A stretch of 64,000 nucleotides of DNA from Bugula neritina (taxonomy: Eukaryota > Animalia > Bryozoa). Where the stretch lies: contig OZ037771.1 in NCBI GenBank assembly GCA_964035545.1, positions 8,115,408-8,179,407 of the forward strand, in the 5' to 3' direction. Positions 51,126 to 64,000 of the stretch are shown here, one piece after another (the first letter of the stretch is position 1; every line of letters starts with the position of its first letter). The translations under genes and the position numbers were made by a program. The notes under the pieces were generated by a model. It searched no databases and was not told the origin of the DNA. It saw only the letters and a program-made list of their open reading frames with translations.

Positions 51126-53849
51126 TTAGTTTTATTATTAGTATTACTATTACTATTAGTATTACTACTACTAATAGACATAGTACTTCTTATTCTAACT
51201 CTAAGTTGAAGTACTAGTGGCTCTGGGCAATATGAATAAATAAGTAGAACAAACTCTTGTCACTCGAGCTTATACTTATAGTATTAGTCATTCTAATACT
51301 ATTACTTAGAGTTGTAATGATTATGGTTATGTTATACTTATAAGTTATAATACTAATACTAAAACCTTCATTAATAGTTACTATTAGTATTACTATTACT
51401 AAGACAAATTACTATAACAATATTACATTTGCTATTAGTATTAGTATAAGTATTAGTCATTGTAATTATGATTATCTAAACTATTTCTAATCACATCTCT
51501 GTTGTAAGCGTGCATTGATGACCAGACAAACTAAAAGTAAAACAAGTATTAGTATTAGTAATAGATGACCCTGGACCTGTTAATGTTGGTGTTAATGTTA
51601 TTTTATAAGCTAGTATCAGTGTTTCTTTAGCCTGCCTTAGTGCTTGCTTTATGATTATTGTACTTGTTCTTAACTTTAATTTTATAATTATACCATTAAA
51701 TCATGAAGGCATTATAAATATTCAATATGAATATTTATATGAACAATTGCAGCTTACACATTCACATTGACATAATGATATAATTATCATAACACTTATA
51801 CTGATATTCATTAAGAGTATCAGTATAAGTTTATCTGATAATGATATTGGTACTCATACTTATTACTCATATTTATAGTGTCACTCGTATTCATAGAGAG
51901 TATCACTGTGATTATCAATATGAGTATCAGTGTGATAGTACTAGACTAATAGTATCATACTCATAGTGATAGTCATACTTATGAAGATAGATTTTGAGTA
52001 CTTTAGCCTAACCCTAGCAGTAACTCGCTAACAGTAAGTGTAACACTGCTAGTGTTACTAACACTAATGTAGCAGTAATACCAACTATAAGCAATAGCTT
52101 GGCAGATTCAGATTAAAATTCAAATGAACTTGAATGTCAAAGTAATACCTGCTTCTACTCCTAGAAGCAGGTGATTGTCAATGTCTCTTAGCTAAAATTT
52201 ATAAATCTATTTGGCATTAAATTCACTGATTAAATATTATAGTGATGACTATCACATTCACTATGACAACAAAAGTTTCACTTTCTCGCTTGCTCTCTAC
52301 TCTTGAGTTTTTTTTTTTCATTTTATTTGTATGCTGCACAAAAACATCAACTGGTGATTATCATGCTGATGTTTGCTATCACTATGACCATCCATATCAC
52401 TATGAAATAATGTTAAATTTAATTAAGTGTTTAAATAGTGCAGTATACATAATGTATAACGTATTCCTTAATCTACAGCCACAGTGCGTAGTAATAGCTG
52501 TAGCTCAGGCTGTTGGTGTGAGCAAAATAGTTCATAAAAATCACAAAATTAATTTGAATTTGAATATCATTTACTATAATCATGATATATGTAATTTAGT
52601 AATAATGATAACTCAATGACATTAATTTTATTTGAAGCTGGTAGTAATTATAATAACTATCATAAAGACATCAACAGTCAATGTTACACACAGTTGACAT
52701 TGAAAGTTATACATTAACTGCTACTAATCTAATTTATTTTTAATTCTCAACATTGAACTTGGTTTGTAGTTGAATTTTGCAATTACTTTCAGCTTTCAGT
52801 TACTTGTGTATTTGTAATTACATGATGGCAATGATTTTAGTAGTCTTAAAGCAGAATTGAATAACAATATGTGTCCATAATTCGAGTTTATTTACCTACT
52901 TTTAGTTGTACTCAGGGTGAATGTTGCTTCTACTGATAGTTATACGAACATTTGAGTAATAAAAAATATTATCAAATTTAATTTTTAATTTTAATCCTTG
53001 GTGACTGTTAGGTGTTAAGAATGATTTGTAAAATGTGTATTAGAATGTGCTGTTGCCTTATCTTTTAAATATAGCCTAATTGTTTTCATTACTACTTAAT
53101 ATTTGGCCATTTGTACTAATGTTATCATTAATATAACCTCAATTTGAGGTATAATTTTTCCAAAAAAAATCAAACAAAATCTCAATAATTAACTTTCATC
53201 ATTGTTCATAATTAAAGTCGTAGTGTTATGACCAATTCATGAACAGTATATGGTACAGTTAGGCTTGTATTGCTATTAGTAATTTACTATATTTTGATAT
53301 AACACACAGTTGGTTATAGTCACAACAATCTAGATTGAATTTTTAAGGACATGTTTTTTGTCTCAAGCCATAATGGCAGCATATTGCAAATTTACTACTA
53401 ATTCACTAATAAACTTTGCTTTGGTTAAACTACTGGCCCTAAACAATACATGTCGTGTTATAGACATACAGTTGTAGTCATTAGAATACAACTACTCCTT
53501 TGCTATATGTTAATAGCAAGGTGGTGTATATAAGTGAGGAATTATCATTCCAATCATTATGATTATTTTTCTAATAGTTGTAATAACTACGAGAAGTATC
53601 TTCCAAAAGGTATATTAAGTGGTATGCATTTCAGTTCAACTGTGTGTATGCACTATCAACCTACATTTAGTAATACAGAGACTATGTTATTCTTTTTAAT
53701 CGCTAACTTTGAAAAATATAGTTTAATTATAAATAACAACTTCAGTCAAGTCACAAACAAACTGTCAGCATTAGTTATCTTTAAAAAACTAACGCGAGTT
53801 TATAGTTGCTATTCCTGTGAGAAACCCCTGGATGGAAGGGGTTTTTAAT

Positions 53850-53968
53850 CAGTTGGGGCACATGAGCAATTGTGGCTGGATGCTTTTTCTAACATCACCA
53901 CCGGCCTTTTCTGGGGATTGAACTCATGGCTTTGGGCTCAAACCCCTAGACCACGACTATTCCCTAGT
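53850..53968 (-). mobile_element. Possible tRNA-derived SINE fragment
   Basis: The - strand shows an A-box-like tagtcgtggtctagggg and a B-box-like gagttcaatccc, followed by ggtgatgttagaaaaagcatccagcc. Weakly similar segments occur at ~8225-8270 (-) and ~59670-59720 (+). Confidence 0.4.
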
Positions 53969-54261
53969 TATCTTCTAAATGCCTGACCTCAATATGCTTG
54001 TCTGACTAGAATTTATACACAGATATTCTTTGCTAAAAGCACCAGTTTTATTCAATGTGAAGTTTTGGCCCATAGTACTTTGCTGCGTGCTGATGAGAGG
54101 ACTACTCCTAAAGTAGTTGCTGTCTACAGCACAGATTGAGTTAATCTAAAAATAACATCAAGTTGTTATTTTTAGAGAATCTCGGTGAGCGTAGGTCTGA
54201 ATATTTTCTTCTGTTATTTGAAGCATGATGTAAGTCTGAAGCTCTCCTGGAACAACTAGAG

Positions 54262-55841
54262 ATGAACCAACTTAGAAATGTAGCTAGTTCTGGCTGTGCT
54301 GCTTTACTGAGGACAACAAGACTTGGGCCAACTGAAGGATGCTATTCTAGTCTCGGGTTTTGCAGTTTCTTACCCAGTGTCCTCTGTAAGCATGCAATAA
54401 ATATCTGCTTGCAAAAAGCTTGTGCTTTCAACAATGTATGAGACTTTAGTGTTTTGTATTGGATTGTGATAAACTTTAAGCATATTTTATTATATTTATT
54501 GGTTGATTTTTTATTGATTCATGTTGACCGTCACATTGACATAGTTCATAGCTATGCTATTTGGCATTTTATCTTTAGATTTCTAGGCGTTTGACATCTT
54601 ATTTAAAAAATATTTTGCAGATAGAAAGAGTGAACATAGGTCAATATCTAACAGTGAGACCAACTGGAGCAAATCCTACCTCATTGATCAAAACTCCAAG
54701 TTTATTCTCCCAGCTAGGAGGCTGGCCACAACATCTACACCTGATTTCGAATGCATCTGTGAAGAAACTCTGGAATCCATCTGTGAGAAATTTGAGCAGC
54801 TCAATGAGTTGGAAGCGTGTCCCTCTGATTTTGATGTAACCTACGCTTACGGTGTTCTCACTGTTTGTATAGGCGGAGGTTAGAAAGTTTATTTATATGA
54901 TCTTTGAGTCATGGTCTGTTCTAGTCTGTATTATTACCAGGTTTACGGAGAGGACGACTCTCACTAGTGGATAAGAAACTAATTTCTATGTCTGTAGATA
55001 GAATGCTCTAGAGTCTGGTAAATAGAGATGTGTGTTTGGGATTGAAATTTTAGAGCTCTCTACTAGATCGTTTTTTATATTTGCTCCCTAAGATTTTAAA
55101 TTGATCATTTTTTCTTGTATTTTAGTTATTGAGCTAGATTATGTGCTGAGAGTCGTCACCCCTTATAGCCTAGCATAATCACTAATTAAACTCAATAACT
55201 TGGGAATAATGTTCAAGCGTTTTAGAATTTTTTGAAGTAAACTGAATTTCATATTTTAAATTGTGAAAAATATATAGTGCAATTAGTACCAGGTGATCTA
55301 CCTTGACACTGTATGGTAGAGTTGATTGGCGCACAACTTTGTGTCAACTAGCTACTTAGCAGTTCAATCATATACATTCTATTGCTGTTTTCTTGTACTA
55401 TATATATAATTCTTAATGTGTGTAGCAGGTTTCTAGTCTCACATGTAGAAATAATCACTACAATTTTGTTTGTAAATTCATCACGGGGAATTATCTGCCC
55501 AATATCACTAGCTGTATTAAATAAGCTTCTAGAAAAATTCCATATTGGTTATACTGATGTAATATAATTTTGCTACTGTATTAAAATTCACAGTAGAGTA
55601 GTATGTGATATGATATGAAGATGGCATTGTTGCAGGGTATGGTACATATGTGTTAAACAAACAGACCCCAAATGAACAGATCTGGTTATCCAGCCCAGTG
55701 TCCGGCCCTAAGAGATACAACTTTGTTGACAATCAGTGGATATATGCACATGATGGCTCTACTCTGCACCAACTCTTGTCATCTGAGTTGAAGTCAATTT
55801 TTGATAAACATTCAGATTTTTCAACCTGTTCCTATAGTTGA
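54262..55841 (+). CDS. FXN: Frataxin, mitochondrial (195 aa, 3 coding exons)
   Basis: Exons 54262-54385 ([10 protein letters not shown]..., presequence-like), 54621-54878 ([19 protein letters not shown]...[13 protein letters not shown]) and 55636-55841 ([28 protein letters not shown]...WIYAHDG...LHQLLSSEL). This is the frataxin signature; 588 nt in frame. Confidence 0.95.
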
Positions 55842-56402
55842 AATTTCAGAAATTCTACATTGATTAGTGTACATGCTTAGGTATTCAGGGTATTTATTGT
55901 GTCTCTATGCTGTATTGTAGGCCATTTATGTAAAGTTGCTGTATTTTGTAGTTCCATTAAGTTTTTGTTTATTATAAAAACACATTTCATGAGGTTTTGT
56001 TTTGAAACATTATTAGGAGTTGTCTTTCATCTTCAGCTCAATAATAGGTGCAGGTATATAGGAAACATATTTTTAAAGTGAAAACTAGAAATTTGCCATT
56101 AAGTGGCGTTAACAAACAGAAAAGTCAATGGGAAAACCTTGTAAAAATATCATTTAGTAGTCATGTGGTATTCGAGCCTCACAAACAAATATTCAAACAT
56201 TTTAGTTTTTGTCTTCTTAGTGTTATCTATTCGACCTAAATGAATTTCTAGTTTTTGTTCAACATGGTAATTCAAATACATTGAATTTCATGTGTCCTTT
56301 AACTTTTTGCATAATTTCCTAAAAGGGACAGCAACGAAAAGCTCTGGCAAGTTGTCTATTGTAGAAATTTTAAATGATATAATCAATATTATGCTTTTAA
56401 TT

Positions 56403-56404
<2 letters not shown>

Positions 56405-56464
<60 letters not shown>
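56405..56464. repeat. (AT)n microsatellite, about 30 units
   Basis: Seen directly in the sequence. Confidence 0.98.
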
Positions 56465-56466
<2 letters not shown>

Positions 56467-59430
56467 CCCATTACAATATATTCTCTTGGAACTTAGGATA
56501 GAATTTGGTTGTTGTATTACTATAAACAGTGAGTTTGTATAAATACCATTTATAAACATCTTTAATATTTTGTTGATTGCATTTTAATCAATAAAATTAG
56601 TTGCATAAAATTAACCCATAATTATATTAATTTTTTTCTATCTCTTTAAACTCAACTTTAACATGGAGCATTTAGTTTATATCGCAACTCTGTTTCCACG
56701 GTGCCAGTATTTGTTGTTACAATAAAATCTCTCTACATGAGGCTAGTAATGTCTGTATGTATTTGTAAATTAAGTTATTCACTGTAGAGTGACTTGATGC
56801 TTTGTAATAGAGAATTGTATCAGCTACAGATTCTCTTAGCACATCTCAATAGCCAATCCTAAAAACCTTGGTTTGAGTTGTTCTAGCAAAAGTTTAACTA
56901 AATTTTGGCAACTTTGGCTTTTGTTAAATTAGCATGTCAAGTGGAAATTATAGGCCAGTAATTTATTCAGTTCCTGTTTTTAATTGTGGAAAAGGAAACT
57001 TAGTTTACTATTTCATACAACCACATGGAAGCCTGTCAAGATGGGTAAATTGATTGAGTTGAGTCAGAAGCCTAAATAGGGTATTTCCCCTGTGCATATA
57101 TTTGCACACATAACAGCGTTATAGATCTATAAAACAATCAGTTTTGGGCATGTTAAATAGAAATCTACAATTATATAACTGAACCCCCCTCAGCTTAACT
57201 ATGGTTAGTTGGTGAACGGAAGCTACTTGAAAGCAACTGTAGGTGAGCTGCACTGAAATCAAGTATTTAAATAGATTGCTGGGCTTTTGTATTTTATAAA
57301 GTGTTTTCGCTGTAGCGATTTGGGCCAGTAATGAAATGATCTGACTAACCAATATACTTAAACTAAACAACATAATCTCACTAGCAACTAGTCTTATACA
57401 ATATTACATTATACAAATGATTGATAAAACTGCAATAATAGTCACAGTATGGGAATAATTGTAGTAAAGTTATTAGTTAAACGACAATGTCCAGGTACAC
57501 TTGACCAAAATAAATTATTCCCAAAAAATAGAAATCTTGTGGAGGAATTTTGCATGTCTTATCAACTGGCATTATAGAAGTTGTCTGCCTGCAACGAGAA
57601 GTCGGATGCACCTTGTAGCCCAATTCCAAAAATAACTCAACACTCACTTTAAACGAACAAATGTTGCTTTTTTAAATGACAGAAGAAGCGGAGCAAGTCC
57701 ATGCAGAACTTGATATATAGATCAACTCTTTGAGAAATAGCAGAAATTGCTTGAATTAATCTATTGCATGTCTGGTTAGTGGGCAGTTACTGCTATGTAA
57801 TGATTACCACTCGATAGCTGACAACTCCCTTATTGCAACACGATACAGCAGAGCTGTTGAGCCGATGAGTCGGAATGATTATTTACCTACAGTGTGAATG
57901 TACCGAGTGAAGATAGCAATCACTGAAATGTATACATCTTGTATTCCTTTTCAGTGATAACCACTATTATGCCATCATGCTACATGCCTGCTGCATAAAG
58001 TCGCATGAGCTAAAGGTGAAATGGGGCAATTATTACCCAGAATCCTCAGTGAAATATGATGCCTTATTTGAATAAGTTATGCTGATGCTTGAATGGTTGT
58101 GAACTGAAGTGTAATGGTTGTAGTAAGCAGTAGTAAACTTGAGCTAGTTGCGTAACAAGAGCTTTTAATTTATCTAATATACTGCGTGTATATTCACACT
58201 TGAAGCTCTCTTCTAAGAATATCTGTGTCACATGAGCTACCATAACAACAAATTTGATGCAGCTTTGTAAAACGCAAAACAAAAATTAATAATAAAATTT
58301 TTTAGTTTTATATTTTGAGGAAATTAATACTTTGACTGGGCTATTATATAAGCTGTTGCTTCTGAAATAATATTTTAGCAAAGAAATTGTTCAGCATACA
58401 AATATCTGGGCATACATGAGAACTCCATCCACATAGTTATTAAGAGATTAGCAGTTCAAATCAAGGAAACAGCATGGGCAGGAGTCTCAGCATTTCCTTG
58501 TTTCCTGTTTCCTTTCTTGCAGCGTAATTAGAAGAGACAGCATATATATGACAGGACGCTGATGTTGGCAGCTCTACCAACCTAACAAAATAAAGCTAAT
58601 ATTAAAACAATATACATGATTACATGCTTCAAGGGCTGCCATGTAAAACATAAGGTTAACCCATTCAGCTGGGCATATCAGTTGATTGTTAGTGTGTCAG
58701 GAGAGTTGGTAAGAAGGACTAAAGGTTCATGGTGAACAGTGATAGTAACTGTGATCAACATTTAACAGGTAGCTGTAATGCATTACTGCTTTATTTGCTA
58801 AGTTTACTAAATGTAAGTTTAAAATTATAATTTATCTTTGACCAGCCATTCATTAAAATAATTGTATTAATGATGTGGCCTTCTAATTCTTTACCACTAC
58901 AAAAATAAAGTTAATCTTTTTGTCTCTTCCATGAATTGACACATCTGCAGTAATTAGATACTGGATAGTTGGCGCCTGTTACTGTATATAATTATTTTTG
59001 TTTAGGTTTTATAATTAGATTTTCATTAAAATACATGCGACTTCCACATTAGCTTAACGATCTTTGCTTGCGGTTTGGTGTTACAATGCTTATGTTAATA
59101 AGACCATTCAGTCTTACAACTTTTTGCTAAGGACCATACAATAGCGTTACGTCAAATATCGCAGATTTTCTGTTAGATATGGACCAATCGAATTGTTAAC
59201 TTTTTACGCATCACCAGGTACATTGCATTGTCTGAAAAACATAATACACACAAAGGCATTTACTACTCGCATTTGCATATAAGACTGCAAAAACGTACCT
59301 CGGAGTAATCAAAGCTCTCTTTTTACAAATTTGAAGAAGAGACTGGTTGAAGCAGTTGAGAAGCTACGTGAAGACATACAGAAGCATCTCCAAGATAGAG
59401 ATACACTAACTTATCTAGCGTCACATACCC

Positions 59431-62400
59431 ATGGCCGCTGAACACACTCAACCCCCCATCGTGCTGTCACAGTCTCCAGAATTGGAACCTTCTAGAACTA
59501 CAATCCCACAATGCTCAGCATCCATAGAGCACAGCAGCATGAAGAGATACTCTAAACTTCAAGTCAGATCTGTTTGGGGGTAAGTGTCTAAAGTATCTGC
59601 AGATATAATAGTTTTATGCTGTCTTCAGTCATAGTAATGCTAAAAGGGGGTTACGGCACCAGCAAACACAAGGCCAGCGGTTCAAATCCCATTGAAGGCA
59701 TTAGTGATGCTAGCCAGATCATTCAGTCATAATGCTCCTTTGTCACAACAGCAAAGAATTCCTCAGCCAGCTTAACAAAAACATCAGGGGCTCTCATAGG
59801 GATGGTGACTATTATATACCTACATAAGAGTTGCAGTAAAACTAAACAATGAGTGGTGCTTTGGTCACGTACAACACTTCTTGTAAGATTAGTAGTACCA
59901 GTTTGTAATATACAACCTTCAGCACACTTGTACTTTAATGAAGTTGACACCAATACAGACATTGCATGGCAAACCATTCACCTGTGCATTGAAACCACCC
60001 CCAGTGAGCGTTTGAGCGGTCAGAGGTCTGCTAGATTTCAGAATTATTTTTAAAAGATTTGAGATTTTCAAGCACCAAAAGGTCCAATCCACATGTCAAC
60101 CCAACACTGTTTATGACAAAATTTTGAAATTTTTTTAAAAACTTGCTGCTCAAGTAATAATAGTTATGTTTATACATTTACAAATGCAATGTGGGCAACA
60201 GATAATACATATAATGTTTGTTATAGAACAGATATTGAGCCTCTCCTGATATTATCCATCATCGTTGTTATTTCTTAATAGTTCTTTTATTCTCTGCTTC
60301 CTGCCAACCATTATTCAGACATGTAATTACTTTTACAGTCTTTCTGTAACACAACTAATCTCTGGCCTACTAGCCATGGTGTCCGGAATTACCATAATTC
60401 TCACCAACCAGCACTCTCACACCACCTACACCACTGCCAACTCTTACCTGGCCACCCCTGTATGGGTGGGGCTGGCTATAGCTGTCACGGGTGCCGTAGG
60501 CATGTGTGCGGCAAAGAAATCTAGCTTATATTTGGTATGTATGCTGATAAGTAGAAGAATATTACATTCATAGCATGATAACTACCACTAGCTGTATAGT
60601 ATCCCATCTGGTGCATATATAATAGTATAGCAGGGCTGGATGCATAGATATACTATGTTTGAAGGATACACTTTATAAACATTGTCACTGTGTATTACAC
60701 ACACTGTGCATATAATATAACATTATTCCTAAATTAACGGCATTATGCATGCATGCGTGATTATTGCAGTGGCTGGTAAATATGACATTTTGCCAGGGCA
60801 GAATTCGAAGCCACCCTCTTCTGGTATGCACTTGATTAGCTGGCATTGTGAAGCAAACACAACATAGGGTAGAGTGCAGACCTTACTTAGTTTAGAGAGA
60901 AACTCTTCCAGTTCTATGCTAGAACAGCATACAATACTGTGACACTTGTTTATGTTGATGGGCTGAAAACCACTCATCAAACAGCAATAGGAAAATAAAT
61001 GTATTGAGAAAATAAACATAAGTAGCCAACGGCAAGAAATAGGCATACCAACAGTTTATATGGATTTCACCCTAAACATGTATAGCTTATAGACTACATA
61101 CTCCATGCCATTTTTTAGGAATGTGTATGTTGGTTGACTGCTAGGTCTGTGTAGGAAAGTTTATATCTTACAAGCAAGCATGTGGCCCTGAATTTAAAAG
61201 CCTCTGTGAGCAAATGGGGTAACATAAGTGCTTATTTGACCAACACCCAGGCTTTGTTATAGTTTCTTGAAAAAGATTTTACCTATTAGCTGCAGTGGCA
61301 TGCCCTTCTAGAATAGACTATATGCATCTAGTAGCCTATTTGGCTAAAATTTGTTCTATACAGCATACCTTTGTCTATTATAACAAATAGAATAATGTAT
61401 TCATGAAATATAGACAATAGATGGTAAAAAAATGTCAAATAGAAAACTAATTTTATAGGAAATAACTGTCATTTATCATAAAATAATGTGCTCACATTTG
61501 TGCATATTATAATATTATGTAAATTCAATTATATTTTTACATACTCAAAGCCCCAATGATAGCTGAACCAAACTATTTTTGTATCGAGTGTCAAATGATG
61601 TGCAGAAATCATACTTTTGGATATTTTGGCATCACCCTGCATGGTGTATATTTCAAATTAGTTTAATGATTTACTGTGTGAACCCTATCATATACCTCCA
61701 CTTGAAATCACTAAACCTATAGAGCAGAATTCTTACCTGAATGATTCAAGGCCTGGCCACACACTCCTGAGAATCATATGAAATCATCTATTTGACATGA
61801 AAACACAAATGTACGATCAAATTTGAGGGAATTCAAACGAAATCGTCTTTGTTGGGTGCACCCAACAAAGACGATGGACGAAAAATCGCAATTAACGATA
61901 AGCACCATTTGATTGGTCAGTAGAGTTTTAGCAACAGTAATTATTTCATTTCTACCATGTTTCTCTGTTTGGCAATTTTCTGCTGTTTGTATCTTGTGCA
62001 AGACTCATTCACAGACTATTTATTATGTGTTTCGTCTGACGAGTGTGTGACTGGTCATAGCGAGCCTTTACTCATTGTGAACCCAACTCTTGTTATTGAA
62101 ACAATCCATCAGCTACTTCTACCTTCTGGTTTCCTTTCCTTTAACATCAGATTTATATGCAATATAATGCAGCTTTGGAGTGTATAACTATGCTGGAACT
62201 ACAGTAGGAGTAGACTTCTACTAGAATAATTGGTTGCAATAACAATAAATAGAGTAATGCCTGGGCTTCTTTGAGTAAAAAGAGTTGGAATTATATAATA
62301 ATAAAGGCTAAGGTATATTTAAATCAACATAATATTATTTTCCTTCCCTTGTCCTATTGGTCTTCATAGATTACTAACCTCTCTTGTAGTAATTATTTTA

Positions 62401-64000
62401 CCCTTTAAAACCTTAAAAACAAGTGAAAATTATAATATAAGTCAATTTTTTTTATTGTAGATATTTGCCTCTATGGTGTGCAATATGATTGCAGTGAACT
62501 GTGTAATCGTGCTGCTGTTTGTAACAGCTCCATCTGTCATTAAGAATTCTCCTCCATGCTACTTAGGCAGCGTCTACTATAGAGCTCGCTACCACCCAGC
62601 TGACTGCTCTATTGTAAGTCAGCACGTTATGTAATTGGCAGCGAGTCACTCAACGCAATGTAGCTGCTGCAGTACCTTCTTACATTCTTCAGCTCTAATG
62701 ATGCATCAATACAATTAATACATGATATATTATATAGTTAATATTTAATTTATTGTAGTATCCAACTTTTTTACTTATAACCGCAAATTGTTTAAAAACC
62801 ATTGAGCCTGTATCATACTTTCAGCAAAGTAAAGGCGTAGTTTTGTGCAGTTACATATTATGGTAGTTATAAACAATCATTAAGGTATAAAACCTAATAG
62901 ATACAATGCAAAAACAGGATAATTGAAGTATAGTTATGGGTACAGTAGTGTATTGTGGTTTACGCTTAAATTTGTACTGGTGTAATAATTTTATAGGATG
63001 AGCATTTGCTGCTGGGCATGGAAGCTATATTGTTGGTAATATGTTTCATTCAGTTCATATCAACTGTTATCTGCTCTGCCATTGGATTTGCAGTTGTCTG
63101 CTGCAAGTTCACTCAACAAAATCGGCCAATGGTAAGTTGTTTCAGTATATAATATCTTTATTTCATATTTGAAAAGGTTTGTTGGCACATATTTCTGGAT
63201 TGCTGGCAGAATTATTTTTGAAAATTGAGTTAATAGGATTATTTTTGCCAAATATTTAGCACAAAATTTATTTCCAAATGCCAACTTTTCAACAAAATGC
63301 ATTGTTTACCAATGACTTCCAGCATTTAAAGTACTGAAAGTGTCATATTTTTATCAACATATTAATAAAACTGTTTACATATATGTTCATATATAGCTGC
63401 ATATTGTAGTATATTGATGTGTTTCAGGCTCACTATCCCACAGCTAGCGACACTTCACATGTGATTTATCATTCTCATTTCACACCACAAAATCAACAAA
63501 ATTTGGCAGGCATATACTTTCAAGGTACGCTAACAAGTCTATTTATCTACAATAGTAACTATAAATAAATGATACTGTGAAGACCTAACTTTTCTTTAGA
63601 AAACCTGACCTTGTTTTTTGGACCTATATACTAAAACCTAGCAATGCCTTGCTGTTGCAAAGAGAGCATTCCAGCCATCTGATTAGTTTTGTTAATGCTG
63701 ACAACTTCAATTCAAGAACACATTAAGGAAACTGCTGTTTGTTGCTGTCAAAACATTTCCTTGTCAACACTAGGCATATGCATATCAACATTTAATGCTG
63801 TCCAACTTTCCCATCAGTGTCATGTTCATTGTCTCTATTGGATGCATTTATGTTAGCAGCACAATTATTCTCTGTTGGAGTAAACATTGCTTTAGTCGAC
63901 AGGTTAAGATTTCATGCAGTAGTTTAACTATTTTCAGAGAGAGGCTACCCTGCCCCAGCGCCTCCATACTTCTACGAGTCAGCAGGTCAGAATAGTGTCA
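59431..64000 (+). CDS. MS4A/CD20-like four-transmembrane protein, at least 6 exons, 3' end off the window
   Basis: Exons ~59431-59579, 60339-60534 (LSVTQLISGLLAMVSGITII...LATPVWVGLAIAVTGAVGMCAAKK), 62461-62613 (ASMVCNMIAV...PPC...DCS), 62997-63131 (AILLVICFIQFISTVICSAIGFAVVCC), 63428-63524 and 63938->64000. The QLxxG, PxWxG...TG and SMxxN patterns are typical of the CD20-like family. Confidence 0.82.

Noticed and set aside
52147-52172. 11-bp hairpin acctgcttcta/tagaagcaggt as a Helitron 3' end or terminator
   Set aside because: There is no CTRR terminus at the expected distance and no other Helitron feature. Bacterial-type terminators do not apply here.
59625-59720. tRNA-like segment with ggttcaaatccc
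   Set aside because: No convincing cloverleaf could be formed. At most it is a degenerate SINE head in an intron.
63950-63976. PAPAPPYFY as a WW-binding PY motif in the MS4A-like tail
   Set aside because: It does not match canonical PPxY/LPxY, and the exon is cut by the window edge.

Overview
AT-rich, intron-rich metazoan genomic DNA. It is probably from a lophotrochozoan invertebrate (inference from gene content; the taxon cannot be proven from the sequence). Most long ORFs in the supplied track are exon fragments or repeat artefacts. From left to right: (1) the 5' half of a young, CpG-rich Ty3/Gypsy LTR retrotransposon on the - strand, with a 506-bp LTR, a tRNA-Leu PBS, gag, a -1 frameshift signal, protease, RT and the start of RNase H; (2) a 7-exon RING/B-box/B-box/coiled-coil/beta-propeller TRIM gene (+); (3) a ~21-kb array of four ~5.2-5.8-kb tandem units. 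Each unit holds a differently broken copy of a gene that reassembles into a ~408-aa protein: signal peptide + JmjC/cupin 2-oxoglutarate oxygenase + EF-hand + C-terminal PDEL. Two copies are patched by the same internal RTE-LINE fragment; (4) a convergent TRIM paralog (-) with a 2-bp frameshift and a Harbinger MITE in an intron; (5) INTS6 (-, about 17 exons) with a 430-bp intronic palindrome and several minisatellites; (6) a Mutator-like element with a 9-bp TSD; (7) frataxin (+), with an unusually Cys-rich acidic helix; (8) an MS4A/CD20-like four-pass membrane gene (+) that runs off the right end. Exon coordinates were read by eye from GT-AG boundaries and protein similarity and may be off by a few bases. 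No database search was run.
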